DNA from: Prevotellamassilia timonensis
Lineage (GTDB): Bacteria > Bacteroidota > Bacteroidia > Bacteroidales > Bacteroidaceae
Direction of reading: 5' to 3'
Length of the DNA: 24,000 bases
NCBI GenBank assembly: GCA_963589615.1
Contig: CAVALA010000001.1
Coordinates: forward strand, 132,951-156,950
In this document: positions 22,284-24,000 of the stretch, piece after piece
How the letters are laid out: each line of letters begins with the position of its first letter
Position numbering within the stretch: position 1 is the first letter of the stretch
Made by a program: the position numbers and the translations under genes
The notes under the pieces: model-generated
The model's database searches: none
Told to the model about the DNA's origin: nothing
The model's input: the letters and a program-made list of their open reading frames with translations, nothing else

Positions 22284-22799
22284 ATGTCCACTTCAAATAC
22301 ACAGGATACGCAACAAGAGAAACACACCATCACCCTCCCGAACGATGAATTCGTGAAATTCATCGAAAGAGACATTCAAGAGGGACATAGCGTGACCATC
22401 ATAGCCAAAGGATGGAGCATGAGACCATTCCTTGAAAATAGACGGGACAAAATAATACTGACCCCCCTACCGACGTCAGGTCTTAAAGTAGGCGATGTGG
22501 TACTTGCGAAGACGGACATCAACAATTGCGTACTGCATCGAATCATAAAGATTGAAGGTAGCACCATAACGCTTCAAGGCGACGGCAACGCCTTTGGCAC
22601 CGAACGCACAAGCAACGAAAGAGTTGTGGCAAAGGCTACGGCATTCATAAGAAAAGGACGCCAAAAAGCAGAAAGCGTAGACTCCGCAAAATGGAGAATC
22701 TATTCCTTCATATGGATGCACACACGCCCCTTACGCAGATATTTCCTCTACATCTACCGCCATTTCTTGGCAGACAACGAGAAGTACGGCAAACTCTAA
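22284..22799 (+). CDS. S24/S26 family serine peptidase, Sec11/SipW (S26B, Ser-His)-like, without N-terminal membrane anchor
   Basis: 171-aa ORF. It has GWSMRPF (catalytic Ser box, Ser45 at nt 22416-22418), GDVVLAK, VLHRIIKI (His where bacterial SPase I and LexA have Lys) and LQGDGNAFGTE (compare TKGDNN in Sec11/SipW). The N-terminus is hydrophilic (MSTSNTQDTQQEKH...). Confidence 0.7.
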   Translation: MSTSNTQDTQQEKHTITLPNDEFVKFIERDIQEGHSVTIIAKGWSMRPFLENRRDKIILTPLPTSGLKVGDVVLAKTDINNCVLHRIIKIEGSTITLQGDGNAFGTERTSNERVVAKATAFIRKGRQKAESVDSAKWRIYSFIWMHTRPLRRYFLYIYRHFLADNEKYGKL

Positions 22800-22875
22800 G
22801 CAACGGCTGATGTAGAACAATGTTTGCGGACACTCTTTCGCCCACAGTAACATTCACCACAAGACCAAACATAAA

Positions 22876-23142
22876 ATGAAAATCAAACCAGGATTCGAAA
22901 TGCGTGACGTATGCGGAGAGAAAGTAATCTTTGCAAACGGCATCAGCAACATAGACTACACGAAATTCAACGTTTCCAACGAGACAGGCGCATTTATCTT
23001 CGACCTTATGGCACGAGGCACCGAGGACGAGACGCAGATAGCAGAAGCACTGATGGCAGAATACGATGTCAACGAGGAAACGGCTGCTGAAGACGTACAC
23101 AATTTCTGTCAACAACTGAAAGACGCCGGCATTGCCGAGTAA
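22876..23142 (+). CDS. PqqD family protein (RiPP recognition element-like peptide chaperone)
   Basis: 88-aa ORF with the typical PqqD pattern: an N-terminal beta region ([13 protein letters not shown]), then [47 protein letters not shown]. Confidence 0.7.
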   Translation: MKIKPGFEMRDVCGEKVIFANGISNIDYTKFNVSNETGAFIFDLMARGTEDETQIAEALMAEYDVNEETAAEDVHNFCQQLKDAGIAE

Positions 23143-23200
23143 GCGTACATACCCTCACGATTTATCAGCTAACATTCAACATACATACAACAACACATCA

Positions 23201-24000
23201 ATGAAAGAACTTGCATTAAAGTATGGTTGCAATCCCAACCAAAAACCCTCACGCATCTACATGGAAGAGGGTGAGTTGCCCATAGAAGTACTTGGCGGTC
23301 GCCCCGGCTACATCAACTTTCTCGATGCTCTCAACGGTTGGCAACTGGTACGCGAACTCCGCGCAGCAACAGGACTTCCCGCAGCAGCTTCGTTCAAGCA
23401 CGTATCACCTGCTGGCGCAGCTGTAGGTATGCCATTGAGCGACACCTTGCGCAAGATTTACTTCGTTGATGATGTAAAGGAGCCTCTCACTCCCATAGCA
23501 TCAGCTTACGCACGTGCTCGCGGTGCGGACCGCATGTCGTCCTACGGCGATTTCATCTCTCTGTCCGACACTTGCGACCTTGCCACCGCACTCCTCATCA
23601 AACGTGAAGTGAGCGATGGTGTCATCGCACCCGACTATACCCCCGAAGCACTCGAAATTTTGCGTGCAAAGAGAAAGGGCACATATGTCATCCTCAAGAT
23701 GGACACTAACTATCGCCCTGCCCCCATTGAACACAAGCAGGTCTTCGGCGTGACCTTTGAACAAGGTCGTAACGAGATAGACCTCACGGGCGAAGATCTC
23801 TTTGAGAACATACCCACAGAAAACAAAACATTCACCGAAGATGCCAAGCGCGACCTCCGCATTGCCCTCATCACACTCAAATACACGCAGAGCAACTCAG
23901 TATGCTACGTCAAAGACGGTCAGGCCATCGGCATCGGAGCTGGACAGCAAAGCCGCATACACTGTACACGCCTTGCCGGCAACAAGGCCGACATATGGTG
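23201..24000 (+). CDS. purH: Phosphoribosylaminoimidazolecarboxamide formyltransferase (AICARFT domain, PurH-like), 3' end outside the window
   Basis: Frame 2 is open from the ATG at 23201 to the window edge, so it is not in the ORF track. My translation [16 protein letters not shown]...[13 protein letters not shown]...[12 protein letters not shown]...[32 protein letters not shown] carries AICAR transformylase signature segments. It starts directly at the transformylase domain, with no MGS-like IMP cyclohydrolase domain at the N-terminus. Confidence 0.88.
   Translation, partial: MKELALKYGCNPNQKPSRIYMEEGELPIEVLGGRPGYINFLDALNGWQLVRELRAATGLPAAASFKHVSPAGAAVGMPLSDTLRKIYFVDDVKEPLTPIASAYARARGADRMSSYGDFISLSDTCDLATALLIKREVSDGVIAPDYTPEALEILRAKRKGTYVILKMDTNYRPAPIEHKQVFGVTFEQGRNEIDLTGEDLFENIPTENKTFTEDAKRDLRIALITLKYTQSNSVCYVKDGQAIGIGAGQQSRIHCTRLAGNKADIW

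Overview
This window looks like a chromosomal segment from a Bacteroidales (Prevotella-like) genome. That guess is an inference from protein sequence character, TAnnTTTG-type promoter motifs and the absence of Shine-Dalgarno sites. Most of it is housekeeping. On the minus strand, 3004-15490 carries glyA, a flavin reductase, pyrI and pyrB, a secreted YhcH/EbgC-like protein, a GH2 beta-galactosidase, a TPR protein, def, ruvX and serS. On the plus strand, 16234-24000 carries a TPM-domain protein, LemA, a purM-like AIR synthase, prfA and a purH-like AICAR transformylase that runs off the 3' edge. The left edge (1-2555, plus strand) holds a putative lipid head-group module (CDP-alcohol phosphatidyltransferase C-terminus, a flippase-like membrane protein, a HAD hydrolase) and a small HExxH protein. 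I found no rRNA, tRNA, CRISPR array, transposase or integrase. The best candidate for an uncharacterised system is a three-gene cassette at 21288-23142. It encodes an HPr-kinase-like P-loop protein, a Sec11/SipW-type S26 serine peptidase with no membrane anchor, and a PqqD/RRE-like peptide-binding protein. Two small unknown ORFs (20537-21208) precede it, and no recognisable RiPP core enzyme lies nearby. The second most unusual stretch is the convergent intergenic region 2556-3003. It packs a 16-bp hairpin, a 30-nt perfectly alternating pyrimidine-purine GC-rich tract, a perfect 35-bp inverted repeat flanking 74 nt, and a 22-bp hairpin. All family calls come from reading the translations and from recalled motifs. 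No database search was run.
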